DNA of 64,000 bases, taken from the NCBI GenBank assembly GCA_019311115.1, contig JAFDDB010000004.1, positions 5,121 to 69,120 of the forward strand, in the 5' to 3' direction. The position numbers and the translations under genes are program-made. The stretch is from Deltaproteobacteria bacterium (GTDB lineage: Bacteria > Myxococcota_A > UBA9160 > SZUA-336). Every line of letters begins with the position of its first letter. Position 1 is the stretch's first letter. This document shows positions 39,595 to 48,227 of this stretch, piece by piece. Under the pieces are notes generated by a model. It had not been told where the DNA came from. It ran no database searches and saw only the letters and a program-made list of their open reading frames with translations.

Positions 39595-40475
39595 GCCGTC
39601 GCCCGAAGGTCTGGCTGATCGACGGGCACTACCAGATCTTCCGCGCCTACTACAGCATGCCCGACCTGCGCGCGCCCGATGGCACGCCGGTCGGGGCATT
39701 CCGCGGGTACGCGTCTACGCTGATCAAGTTCGTGCGCGAGGAGCAACCGACGCACGTGGGCGTGGCCTGGGACCACGCCATGACGAGCTTCCGCAACGAG
39801 CTTTGGTCGGAGTACAAGGCGGGCCGCACCGAGGCACCGGACGACCTGGAGCCGCAGTTCGGCCTCTGCGCCGAGGTCACGCGGGCGCTCGGCCTTCCGG
39901 TCTACTCGCTCGAACGCTTCGAGGCCGACGACGTCATCGCCACCATGACGCGCAAGCTCCTGGCCAAGGGGGCCGACGTCGTGATCGTGACCGCCGACAA
40001 GGACCTCGGCGCCCTGGTCTCGGACCGGGTCAGGCTCTACGACCTGAAGAAGCAGGAGAGCCAGGGACCCGACGAGCTGCGCGAACGCATGGGCGTGCCC
40101 CCGGAGCGGATCAGCGAGTTCCTGGCGTTGGTCGGCGACGCCGTCGACAACGTGCCGGGCGTGGCCGGCATCGGCGCAAAGACGGGTGCCGCGCTGCTGA
40201 ACCACTTCGGGTCGCTCGCGGACATTCCGAGCGACTTCGAAGACTGGAAGGAGCTGGAGCTGCGCGGGAAGCGGCGCGCGTTCGACTGCCTGGCGGCGGG
40301 GACCGAGCAGCTCGAGCTGTCGCAGCGCCTGGTCGAGCTGCAGCGCGACCTGCCCGTCGACGTGAAGCTCCGCGAGCTGCAGTACCGCGGCGCGCGTCGC
40401 GAGCCGCTCGAAGAGCTGCTCGGAAGACTGGGGGCGGACGCGCTGCTCGACCGCGTGACCCGCTTCGCTTCGTGA
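39591..40475 (+). CDS. Stand-alone 5'-3' exonuclease (Pol I N-terminal / FEN-like)
   Basis: VWLIDGHYQIFRAYYS and helix-3-turn-helix GVPGVAGIGAKTGAALL; ATGA overlap with the upstream stop. Confidence 0.75.
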   Translation: MSRRPKVWLIDGHYQIFRAYYSMPDLRAPDGTPVGAFRGYASTLIKFVREEQPTHVGVAWDHAMTSFRNELWSEYKAGRTEAPDDLEPQFGLCAEVTRALGLPVYSLERFEADDVIATMTRKLLAKGADVVIVTADKDLGALVSDRVRLYDLKKQESQGPDELRERMGVPPERISEFLALVGDAVDNVPGVAGIGAKTGAALLNHFGSLADIPSDFEDWKELELRGKRRAFDCLAAGTEQLELSQRLVELQRDLPVDVKLRELQYRGARREPLEELLGRLGADALLDRVTRFAS

Positions 40476-41032
40476 TCGCGCACCTGCTCACCGGCACGCG
40501 CCTCGTACTGGTGGCTCCGTTCGCGCTCCTCATGCTGCGCGACGATGCCGCCGCGCGCTGGCTCGCGGCAGGATCGCTCGTCCTCGCCATCGCCACCGAC
40601 CTGCTCGACGGGCCGGCGGCGCGCCGCGCGGCGCTGCGCAACGGACGCGGCGAGAGCGCCTGGGGACGCGCGTTCGACCACGGGACCGACTTCTTGTTCG
40701 TCACGGCGGGGCTCTTCGCCATGGCGGCGCGAGGCGCGGCCCCCTGGCTGCTGCCCGTGCTGATCTGTCTGGCCTTCGCGCAGTACGTGGTGGATTCGTA
40801 CTGGCTCGGGCGGCAACGGCAGCTGCGCATGAGCACGCTGGGGCGTTGGAACGGGATCTTCTACTTCGTGCCGCTCTGCGCCGACGTGGGCTCACGCGCG
40901 CTGCTCGGCGGCGCGCTCGCGCAGCCCGTGCTGTGGCTCGGTTGGGCGCTGGCGGCGAGCACCCTGCTCTCGATCGCCGACCGCTTGCTCGCTCTCAGGC
41001 GGAGTCCAGCAGTTCCCGCGTCGCGCGCCTGA
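40472..41032 (+). CDS. CDP-alcohol phosphatidyltransferase-family protein (186 aa)
   Basis: GTG start overlapping the exonuclease stop; motif DLLDGPAARRAALRNGRGESAWGRAFDHGTDFLF matches the D(x)2DG(x)2AR...G(x)3D(x)3D signature. Confidence 0.65.
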   Translation: MIAHLLTGTRLVLVAPFALLMLRDDAAARWLAAGSLVLAIATDLLDGPAARRAALRNGRGESAWGRAFDHGTDFLFVTAGLFAMAARGAAPWLLPVLICLAFAQYVVDSYWLGRQRQLRMSTLGRWNGIFYFVPLCADVGSRALLGGALAQPVLWLGWALAASTLLSIADRLLALRRSPAVPASRA

Positions 41033-41935
41033 GGAAGAGCAGGCCGATGGCCGCGTTGAAGAAGATGAAGAAGTTGTGCATGACGAAGCCGAACGCCGTC
41101 ATCTCGGCTTCGCGTCCCGGAAACAGCTCCACCCAGAGCACGATCGCGACCGAGCGCATCGGGCCCGGCGTGGCCGCACCGAAGAAGATCACGGGCAGGT
41201 AGCCCAGCATCTCGCCGAACTCGACGTCTACCCCGAAGAGCCCAAGCGCCAGCGTGTAGATCACGACGGCGGCGAGCAGCGCCGGAGAACGCAGCAGCAC
41301 GATCGTCCCGTACTTCCGCAGGTTCGCGCGCCGGAACGCCAGCAGGATAGGCCGGTCGCGCAGCGCGACCCCGGGCAGGATGCGGCCCTGGAAGTAGAGC
41401 ACCCACAACGCCAGGAACGCGGCGGCGGCGAGCGCCAACACGGGGATCCAGTGAAAGACCGCGGGCAGACTGTCCCAGCGCATGGCGACGCCGAGCGTCG
41501 CCCAGGCCAGCAGGTAGTAGAACTCGCAGAACATGATGAAGAGCATCGACGAGCCGACCTCCCAGCCGGGAACGTCGTCTCGCCGGTTCAAGTAGAGCGC
41601 CATCGCTCCCTTGCCGATCTGCTCGTTGATGATCGACAGGATGTAGGCGCTGCCGCGGATCGGCAGGATGTCCAGGTAGCGAACGGGAGCGTTGAACCAG
41701 CTGACTACGCGCCACACGACGAGCGTGTCGATGGCGAAGAAGAAGAGCGAGTACGGGATCATCATCCCGATCCACAGCACCCAGTTGACGTCCTGCAGGA
41801 TCCCGACCAGGTAGGTGGCCGGCGTCGCGCCGGCGCGCGCGGCCGCGGCACCGACGCGCCCGTACAGGTACCAGAAGCAGGCGAACGTGATCGCCCAGGG
41901 GAGCAGGCGGAACGCGATGGCGCGCGCTCGCCTCA
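40995..41935 (-). CDS. Polytopic membrane protein of the flippase-like / LPG-synthase-TM (UPF0104) type
   Basis: Last ~313 aa of ORF 40995..42755; eight predicted TM helices; GTG start overlaps the stop of the NmrA-like gene. Confidence 0.45.
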
Positions 41936-42856
41936 CGATGCTTCCAGGCTCCGGCGCAGCATGTCGTCGAGCGGTGTGAGATCGAGACCGAGCGCGTCGC
42001 AGGCGGGCTTCGGGTCGACGTCGGTGTCGGTCGTAATCACGTCGAGCGCGTCGGCCGAGAAGCCGGACGCACCGACCGCTCCGCGCAGCCGCAGCAGCAG
42101 GCGCAGCATGACGAGTGGGGCCGACCGCACGCGCACTTCGTGCCCCAGCTCGCGTGCCGCACGGCGCACCAGGTCCGCGTCGCTGAGTCCGTCGCGGCCC
42201 GCCACGTCGAGCACGGTGGAATCGGCGAGCCCCGGCTCGGCGGCGCGGAACGCCGCGCGCGCCAGGTCGGCCACGTCGAGCGGCTGCTGCCGCTGCCGGC
42301 CTCCGCCGGGGAGTGCCACGCTGGAGCCGCTCGCATTGCGGCGAAGCGCGGCGGCCCCCTCGGTTCCCGGTCCGAGCACGAGTGGCGCGCGCAGGATCGT
42401 CCAGGCGAGACCCGCGTCGCGGACCAGCGACTCGGCCTCGCCCTTGGTGCGGTAGTAGCGGTTCGCCGAGCCCGGGTCCGCGCCGAGTGCGCTCACCAGC
42501 ACCAGCTTGCGCACGCCCGCGGTGCGCGCCGCGTCGACGACCGCGCGGGTCGTCGCGACGTTGGCGCGTTCGTAGGTCGAGCCGGGCGACTCGACGAGGA
42601 CGCCGGGCAGGTGCACGACGCTCTCGACTCCCCCGTTCTCGACTCCCCGGAAGGCGCTGACCAGGCTGTCGGCGTCGTCGTAGTCCACGCGCGCGACCCG
42701 CGTCGCGGGTCCCAGGGCCGGGAGTTGGCTCTCCGCGCGTTCGGACCGGACGCACGCGACGATCTCACCGGCCAGCGCGTCTGCGCCGCCGGAGGCCAGC
42801 TGCAACATCGCCCGGCCGACCGCGCTGTTCGCACCGGTGATCGCGACAGGTCCCAT
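41933..42856 (-). CDS. NmrA-like / atypical SDR NAD(P)-binding protein
   Basis: MGPVAITGANSAVGRAML Rossmann N-terminus; ~300 aa. Confidence 0.55.
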   Translation of the reverse strand: MGPVAITGANSAVGRAMLQLASGGADALAGEIVACVRSERAESQLPALGPATRVARVDYDDADSLVSAFRGVENGGVESVVHLPGVLVESPGSTYERANVATTRAVVDAARTAGVRKLVLVSALGADPGSANRYYRTKGEAESLVRDAGLAWTILRAPLVLGPGTEGAAALRRNASGSSVALPGGGRQRQQPLDVADLARAAFRAAEPGLADSTVLDVAGRDGLSDADLVRRAARELGHEVRVRSAPLVMLRLLLRLRGAVGASGFSADALDVITTDTDVDPKPACDALGLDLTPLDDMLRRSLEAS

Positions 42857-42880
42857 GGCGTGAACGGCTCCAGCGAGGCC

Positions 42881-43954
42881 CTAGCGGAACTTGCCGCGCG
42901 CCGAGATCGGCCAGGTGGTCTCGAGCCGGTCTCCGCGCATCACGTGGTAGGTGTCGTGGAGGTTGATCGTGGTGTCGCCGTGCGAGGGCAGCAGGCGGAT
43001 CTTGTCGCCCGGCGCCAGGTCCAGCTCTTCGCCCTCGTCGATCTGCACGTGCCCGTGCTCTTCCGACAACCCGACTACCGCCAGGGGAAGATCCGCGCCC
43101 GTCGGCATTCCGAAGTCCCGCGACAGTGCCTTGGAGCCGCAGTCGGTGATCAGGAGCTGCCCGCGGCGGCGCAGGACCGTAGTCAGGATCGTCAGCGCGG
43201 GCTCGAACTCGTCTCGTACGCGGGAGTAGGCGCCGTCCATGAAGACGTAGCTTCCGGCCTGGATCTCGGTGATGCCCGGCGCGACGCCGCTGATGTCGTG
43301 TGTGCCCGTGCCGCCCGCACTCACGATGCCGGGCTCGAGCCCCGCGTCGACGAGCGCCTGCCGGTGCGCCTGCAGCGTGGCGACCGCCTGGCCGGCCAGG
43401 GCGGCGCGCTTCTCCGCGTCGGGAATCAGCACGGCGTGCCCTTCGTAGCCCATCAGCCCGCGGTACTCGACGCGGCTCCGCTCCAAGGCGCGTGCGAGTT
43501 CGACCGTCTCCTCTGGCGCGTCCGTCCCGCAGCGGTGCATCCCGGTGTCGGCCTCGACGAGCGCGCCGATCCGTGCGCCGCTCTGCGCGACCGCCTCGTC
43601 CAGGGCGTGGACCTGCTCGGCGGAGTCGACCGCGACGATCAGCTCGGGAAGCCGTCCGGCCAGCTCGACCAGGCGTGCCAGCTTCGGCGCGCCGACGATC
43701 TGGTTCGCGATCAGCACCGACGCGTCGAGTCCGGCCTTCGCGATCTCCTCGGCCTCGCCGATCTTCGCGCAGGTGATGCCGATCGCACCCGCTTCCAGCT
43801 GGAGCTTCGCGACCTGCGGACACTTCGGCGTCTTGAAGTGCGGTCGCAGGTTCGCGCGCTGTCCGGCGAAGAAGGCGGCCATCGTCGCGATGTTCCGCTC
43901 GACGCGGTCGAGGTCGAGCAGCAGTGCCGGCGTGTCGATCTCGGCCCAGGGCAT
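42881..43954 (-). CDS. PLP-dependent enzyme with an alanine-racemase-N-like fold (DSD1 / D-threonine aldolase / D-serine deaminase-like family)
   Basis: LRPHFKTPKC (lysine in the HxK[TS] context) and C-terminal domain typical of the D-TA/DSD1 family. Confidence 0.55.
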   Translation of the reverse strand: MPWAEIDTPALLLDLDRVERNIATMAAFFAGQRANLRPHFKTPKCPQVAKLQLEAGAIGITCAKIGEAEEIAKAGLDASVLIANQIVGAPKLARLVELAGRLPELIVAVDSAEQVHALDEAVAQSGARIGALVEADTGMHRCGTDAPEETVELARALERSRVEYRGLMGYEGHAVLIPDAEKRAALAGQAVATLQAHRQALVDAGLEPGIVSAGGTGTHDISGVAPGITEIQAGSYVFMDGAYSRVRDEFEPALTILTTVLRRRGQLLITDCGSKALSRDFGMPTGADLPLAVVGLSEEHGHVQIDEGEELDLAPGDKIRLLPSHGDTTINLHDTYHVMRGDRLETTWPISARGKFR

Positions 43955-43976
43955 GCGCAGATGCTAGCATGCGCCC

Positions 43977-45524
43977 GTGACCGGACGGCTCGTCTACGGA
44001 GCGGCCGCGCTCCTGCTCGCGGTCTCGTTGCTGGGTCTCGGATCGGCGACGCGTGCGGTGCATCACTACGCGGTCGAGATGCCGGGCGGAGTTCCCGCGA
44101 TCGTGTACGAGCCCGGTCCCGCGCGGCCGGTCCCGGGTCCGCCGCGCACCGGCGAGCCCGTTCCCGTCGTCGTGCTGGCGCACGGTTACATGGGCAACAC
44201 GTCGATGATGAGTTCACTCGCGCGGCGCCTGGCCCGGGCGGGCTACGCCTCGGTCGTGCTGGCGTTCCGCGGACACGACCGCAACCCGCGGCCGTTCTCG
44301 ACCGGCGGCTTCGACTTCGAGGGAATCCACCAGGACCTGGCGGCGGCCGTTCGCTTTGCACGTTCGCAGCCCGGCTTCGATCCCGAGCGCACCGCGGTGG
44401 CGGGCCACTCGATGGGCGCGTTCACCGCGCTCGAGTGGGCGAGCCGCGACCCCGCGGTCGACGCCGTGATCGCCATCGCGGGCGGCGCCCCGCCAGGTGG
44501 ACCCTATCCACCGCCGAACGTGCTGCTGGTCTGGGCGTCGGGAGACCCGAAGATGCTCCGCGACGGCGCGCGCGAGGCGGCCGCGTCGCTGGCGGGACTC
44601 CAGCGCGTCGTCCTCGACCGCACCTACGGCGAGTTCGCACGCGGCTCGGCGGTGCGCGCCAGCGAGGTGGACGGCGTCGACCACCTGACCATCCTCTACT
44701 CCGCGGACATGGCGCAGCGAGTCGTCGACTGGCTCGGGCAGACGCTCGGACCGGGCGTCGACGCGAGCGGCGCCACGGGCGACGGCCGCTTCGGTTGGAC
44801 GGGGCTCGGTCTCGTCTCCGCGCTGGTCCTGCTCTGGGGACTGGTCGGTCTGCTCGCGCCGTTCGTTCCGCGGGTCGAGAATCCCGTGACCACGTCGTCG
44901 CTGGGTGCGCTCGGCACACTGGCCGGAGCAATGACCGCGGGCGCGGTGCTGCTCGCGGGCGTCGACGCGGGCTCGCCCGGCGGCCCCTTCGGCTTCCTGC
45001 CTCTCGCCGTGTCGGCCCCCGTCTCGGGCTACCAGGCGCTCTGCGGAGTGCTGTTGCTGCTGGTGCTGGCGCACGGCGGCGCGCTCCGGCCCGGCCTGCG
45101 CGACTCGCGGATGTGGACCTGTGCGGGCGTCCTGCTGCTCGCGACCTACTTGATGATGGGGACGTTCCTCGAGCCCTACGCCTGGCGTTGGCTGACGCCG
45201 CAGCGCGCGCTGCACGCGTTCGTGCCGTTCGCGCTCATGCTGCCCTTCTTCGCCGCATTCGAGCTGCTGCTGCGCGGCGCGCGGCCGTGGGTGCCCATCG
45301 CCGGACGCATCGTCATCCTGGGCGTGATGGCGCTGGCCACGATCCTGCAACTGCTGCCGTTCGAGTTGTTCCTGGCGCTCGGCGGGTTCGTGGTCTTCTT
45401 CGCGCTCTTCGAGGCGATCGGCTACCGGGCGTCGCGCGTGGCGCCGAACCCGTGGCTCATGGGCGTGTACCAGGCGGGCTGGAGCGCGCTCGCGCACGCG
45501 TCGCTCTTCCCCGTCCTGGCGTAG
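43977..45524 (+). CDS. Alpha/beta-hydrolase fused to a C-terminal polytopic membrane domain (possibly CPBP/Abi-like)
   Basis: Signal peptide; nucleophile elbow GHSMG; C-terminal ~250 aa with six or more TM helices and an EExxxR-like FELLLRG. Confidence 0.55.
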   Translation: MTGRLVYGAAALLLAVSLLGLGSATRAVHHYAVEMPGGVPAIVYEPGPARPVPGPPRTGEPVPVVVLAHGYMGNTSMMSSLARRLARAGYASVVLAFRGHDRNPRPFSTGGFDFEGIHQDLAAAVRFARSQPGFDPERTAVAGHSMGAFTALEWASRDPAVDAVIAIAGGAPPGGPYPPPNVLLVWASGDPKMLRDGAREAAASLAGLQRVVLDRTYGEFARGSAVRASEVDGVDHLTILYSADMAQRVVDWLGQTLGPGVDASGATGDGRFGWTGLGLVSALVLLWGLVGLLAPFVPRVENPVTTSSLGALGTLAGAMTAGAVLLAGVDAGSPGGPFGFLPLAVSAPVSGYQALCGVLLLLVLAHGGALRPGLRDSRMWTCAGVLLLATYLMMGTFLEPYAWRWLTPQRALHAFVPFALMLPFFAAFELLLRGARPWVPIAGRIVILGVMALATILQLLPFELFLALGGFVVFFALFEAIGYRASRVAPNPWLMGVYQAGWSALAHASLFPVLA

Positions 45525-45527
45525 CCG

Positions 45528-45959
45528 TCAGGCCAAACCCGCGCGCGCGCCGAGTGCCTGGCCGTGCGAGAACTCGCACGTATTGCCCGACGGGTCGCGC
45601 ACCATCGTCAGGTAGCCCGCGACCTCGCCCGCATGGAGAGGCGCGAGCTTGAGCACGCCGTCCTCGCGTGCCAGGTCCGCGATGCGGTCGACGGCCTCGC
45701 GCGACTCGACGGCGAAGCCCAGGTGATCGCATGGAGGAGGCTCGAGCACGCGCTCGTGCGGCATGCTGAGCAGCACGATCGCCAGCTCGGGCTCCTGCTT
45801 CTCGTGCGACAGCCAGACCACGCGGATGCCGTCGTCCTCGCGCTCGTGCACCAGGTGGAGTCCGGCGTACTTCTGGTAGAAGGCGATCGACGCGTCGATG
45901 TCGTGGGTGCGCACCGCGACGTGGGTCAGCTGCGCGGCGGCCTGGCTCGGTTCACTCAT
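45528..45959 (-). CDS. VOC/glyoxalase-family protein
   Basis: THVAVRTHDIDASIAFY...HLGFAV beta-alpha-beta-beta-beta VOC pattern; last gene of the coupled operon. Confidence 0.6.
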   Translation of the reverse strand: MSEPSQAAAQLTHVAVRTHDIDASIAFYQKYAGLHLVHEREDDGIRVVWLSHEKQEPELAIVLLSMPHERVLEPPPCDHLGFAVESREAVDRIADLAREDGVLKLAPLHAGEVAGYLTMVRDPSGNTCEFSHGQALGARAGLA

Positions 45960-45993
45960 CCGGTTCTCCCCGGGCAGGTGGCGTCTCCTCTGG

Positions 45994-47139
45994 TCACGTC
46001 TGCGGGACGACGGGCTGGAGCGCGCCCATGCCGTCGTGGGGCCAGTCGATCGGTGGAAGCTGCATGCGGCCGAGTGCGCAGACCCGCGAGCCGCCGCCAG
46101 CGCGCGCGACCTCGAGCAGTCGCCGCTCCCCGCCGAAGCCCTCGTGACCCAGCGAAGATAGACCAGGTGCCAGCGAGGTGCAGCGCGCGGCGAGTCCGTC
46201 GATCCCCTCGACGGACACGAGGGGGACGTTGCGCAGCGTGCCCGGAGCGGCCGCTTCCCCGCCGGCGACGAAGACACCCCAGTCGCTGGAGCCCTCGCCG
46301 GACGGGAACCAGCACGCGGGGCTGCGCAACGCCTCTCTCGCACGCCGCTCGCGCAGCGCGACGGCCTCGCCGGCCTGCAGCGCCCCGCGTGGGATGTCGG
46401 TGCGCAGGCGCTCGAGCGCGGTCGAGAGCGCCTCGCCGAACGCCCCGGTGCGTTCTCCATCGGGGTCGTCGACGAAGATCCAGGCGGGCGACAGGCAGCC
46501 GCGACCGTCCCAGAGACAGACGTCGAGTGCGGCGCGTTCCGCCGCGCCGGCCAGGTCCGCGTCGCGTCCGACCGCGGCGGCCGAGAGCTTGTGTCCGTAG
46601 CCGACGAACGGGCGCGCTCCCGCGCGCCCGCGCAGGATCCGAACCGTCTCGTCGCTGCCGTACGCGACGACCGCGTCGGCCTCGTCGAGCGCGGAGTCGT
46701 CCGCGTCCAGCGCCAGCGCGTCCGCCACGCCCGCATCGCACTCCCGCAGCGAGGCGGCGAAGAGCCGGGGAGTCTCCGGATCGGACGACGCGGGCTTCGC
46801 CTGCACGGCGCAGCCCGCCAGCAGCGGAAGGGCGAGCGCGGAAAAGGTGCCGGTCGGCACGGTCCCGGCCAGCCAGACGGCGGCGAGCGCGGGTGCCCGC
46901 GCGTTCTCGAGTTCGCGGCGGCGCAGTGCGCGCAGGACGTCCGCAGTCCAGCCGTCGAGTCCGTCGCAGACGCCCCGTTCGATCGCGGCGCGCGACCAGA
47001 CCGGACACGCGCGGGCCAGCGCATCGCGCCACGCCGAGCCGGGAGCGCGCCAGGCCGCAAAGGTGCCCTCGAGCGCGGCGATCACCCGCTCCGCCGGCAG
47101 GACGCAGGCGGCCTCGCGTAGCGCCGCCGGGTCGCTCAC
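45994..47139 (-). CDS. LuxC-family acyl-CoA/acyl-protein reductase (fatty aldehyde-forming)
   Basis: YGSDETV...FVGYGHKLS...DVCLWDGRGCLSP, with the catalytic Cys in a GC(L)SP context as in LuxC (PF05893); GTG start overlaps the LuxE-like stop. Confidence 0.6.
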   Translation of the reverse strand: MSDPAALREAACVLPAERVIAALEGTFAAWRAPGSAWRDALARACPVWSRAAIERGVCDGLDGWTADVLRALRRRELENARAPALAAVWLAGTVPTGTFSALALPLLAGCAVQAKPASSDPETPRLFAASLRECDAGVADALALDADDSALDEADAVVAYGSDETVRILRGRAGARPFVGYGHKLSAAAVGRDADLAGAAERAALDVCLWDGRGCLSPAWIFVDDPDGERTGAFGEALSTALERLRTDIPRGALQAGEAVALRERRAREALRSPACWFPSGEGSSDWGVFVAGGEAAAPGTLRNVPLVSVEGIDGLAARCTSLAPGLSSLGHEGFGGERRLLEVARAGGGSRVCALGRMQLPPIDWPHDGMGALQPVVPQT

Positions 47140-48227
47140 CCTCCCCCCAGCAGCGCGTCGGCCGCGATCGAGCAGCCGCGCGCCTCGGCGCCGGCGATGC
47201 GTCCGCGCACCTCCAGGCCTTCCGCCGTTAGCGTGCCTTCGTCCGCGGTCTGTACCGCGAGGACCGATCCGGTGTTCGCCAGGTCGTAGTGGACCAGCAG
47301 TCCGGGCTCGCCTTCGGGGACGTCGCGCAGGTGTTCGGGGTCCACGACGCGCGTGCGTACCCAGGGAGGGATCCGCTTGCGCGTCGTGACGACGCCCGTG
47401 CGCAGCGTCGGCTCGTAGAACTGGCTGCCGAGCTCGCACATGCCGTACTGGTTGAGGATGGCGTCGGGGGGGACACCGAGCGCCTCGCTGATCCCCCCGT
47501 GCAGCTCTTCGCGCGAGAGCTCGCGCGACCGTCCCTTGAAGCCGCCGGTCTCCATCACGCGGCTGCCGTCGGGGAGCGCGAGCTTCAGGCCGACGGCGCG
47601 CATGCCGTCGATCAGGTGCACGAAGGCGAACGCGGTGCCGCAGATCGCCACCGGCGTGCGCGCGCGCTGCAGCGCCGTCATCGCGATCGCCATGTCGAGA
47701 CCGCCGTGGCCGAAGAGCATGGCGCTGTCGTCGGAGCCCAGGTCGCGGACCGCCGCGTCGAACATGTACGACAGCGACGAGTCGGGCGCGTCCCGCAGCG
47801 GCGTCGCCATCACCAGGATTCGCACGGGCTCGGGATCGGGACAGACCCAGGCGCGGAACGTCGCGCGGAGAGACGCGTCGTACAGTGCCAGTGTGTCCAG
47901 GTGCAGCTCGCCGCGGCGTTCGGTGGTGCTTCCGCTGGTCCGGAACACGCGCACGGTCTCCGCCTCGGGGAACGCCGCGAGCCGCGCCTCCTTGAACGCG
48001 CCCGTCGGCACCGACGGGATCTCCGACCAGTGTCCGACGCCTTCCGGCGCGCGTCCGAAGGCCGTGCAGAGCCTTCGGTACGGCTCGTTGTACTCGAACT
48101 GGTGCAGGAAGAGGGCGCGGGCCAGCGCGTCGAAGCGCGCTTCGTCGGCGGGCGCGTCCACGCCATCGGCGATCCAGGCCAGGACCTGGTCGTCCAGGTC
48201 CTTCCGGCTCTCGCGCGCCGCGCTCAC
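47136..48227 (-). CDS. LuxE-family acyl-protein synthetase (adenylate-forming)
   Basis: FRTSGSTTERRGELHLD (SSGTTG-like P-loop) and overall LuxE/PaaK-like topology; real start is an inner GTG of ORF 47136..49397, overlapping the aminotransferase stop. Confidence 0.6.
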   Translation of the reverse strand: MSAARESRKDLDDQVLAWIADGVDAPADEARFDALARALFLHQFEYNEPYRRLCTAFGRAPEGVGHWSEIPSVPTGAFKEARLAAFPEAETVRVFRTSGSTTERRGELHLDTLALYDASLRATFRAWVCPDPEPVRILVMATPLRDAPDSSLSYMFDAAVRDLGSDDSAMLFGHGGLDMAIAMTALQRARTPVAICGTAFAFVHLIDGMRAVGLKLALPDGSRVMETGGFKGRSRELSREELHGGISEALGVPPDAILNQYGMCELGSQFYEPTLRTGVVTTRKRIPPWVRTRVVDPEHLRDVPEGEPGLLVHYDLANTGSVLAVQTADEGTLTAEGLEVRGRIAGAEARGCSIAADALLGGG

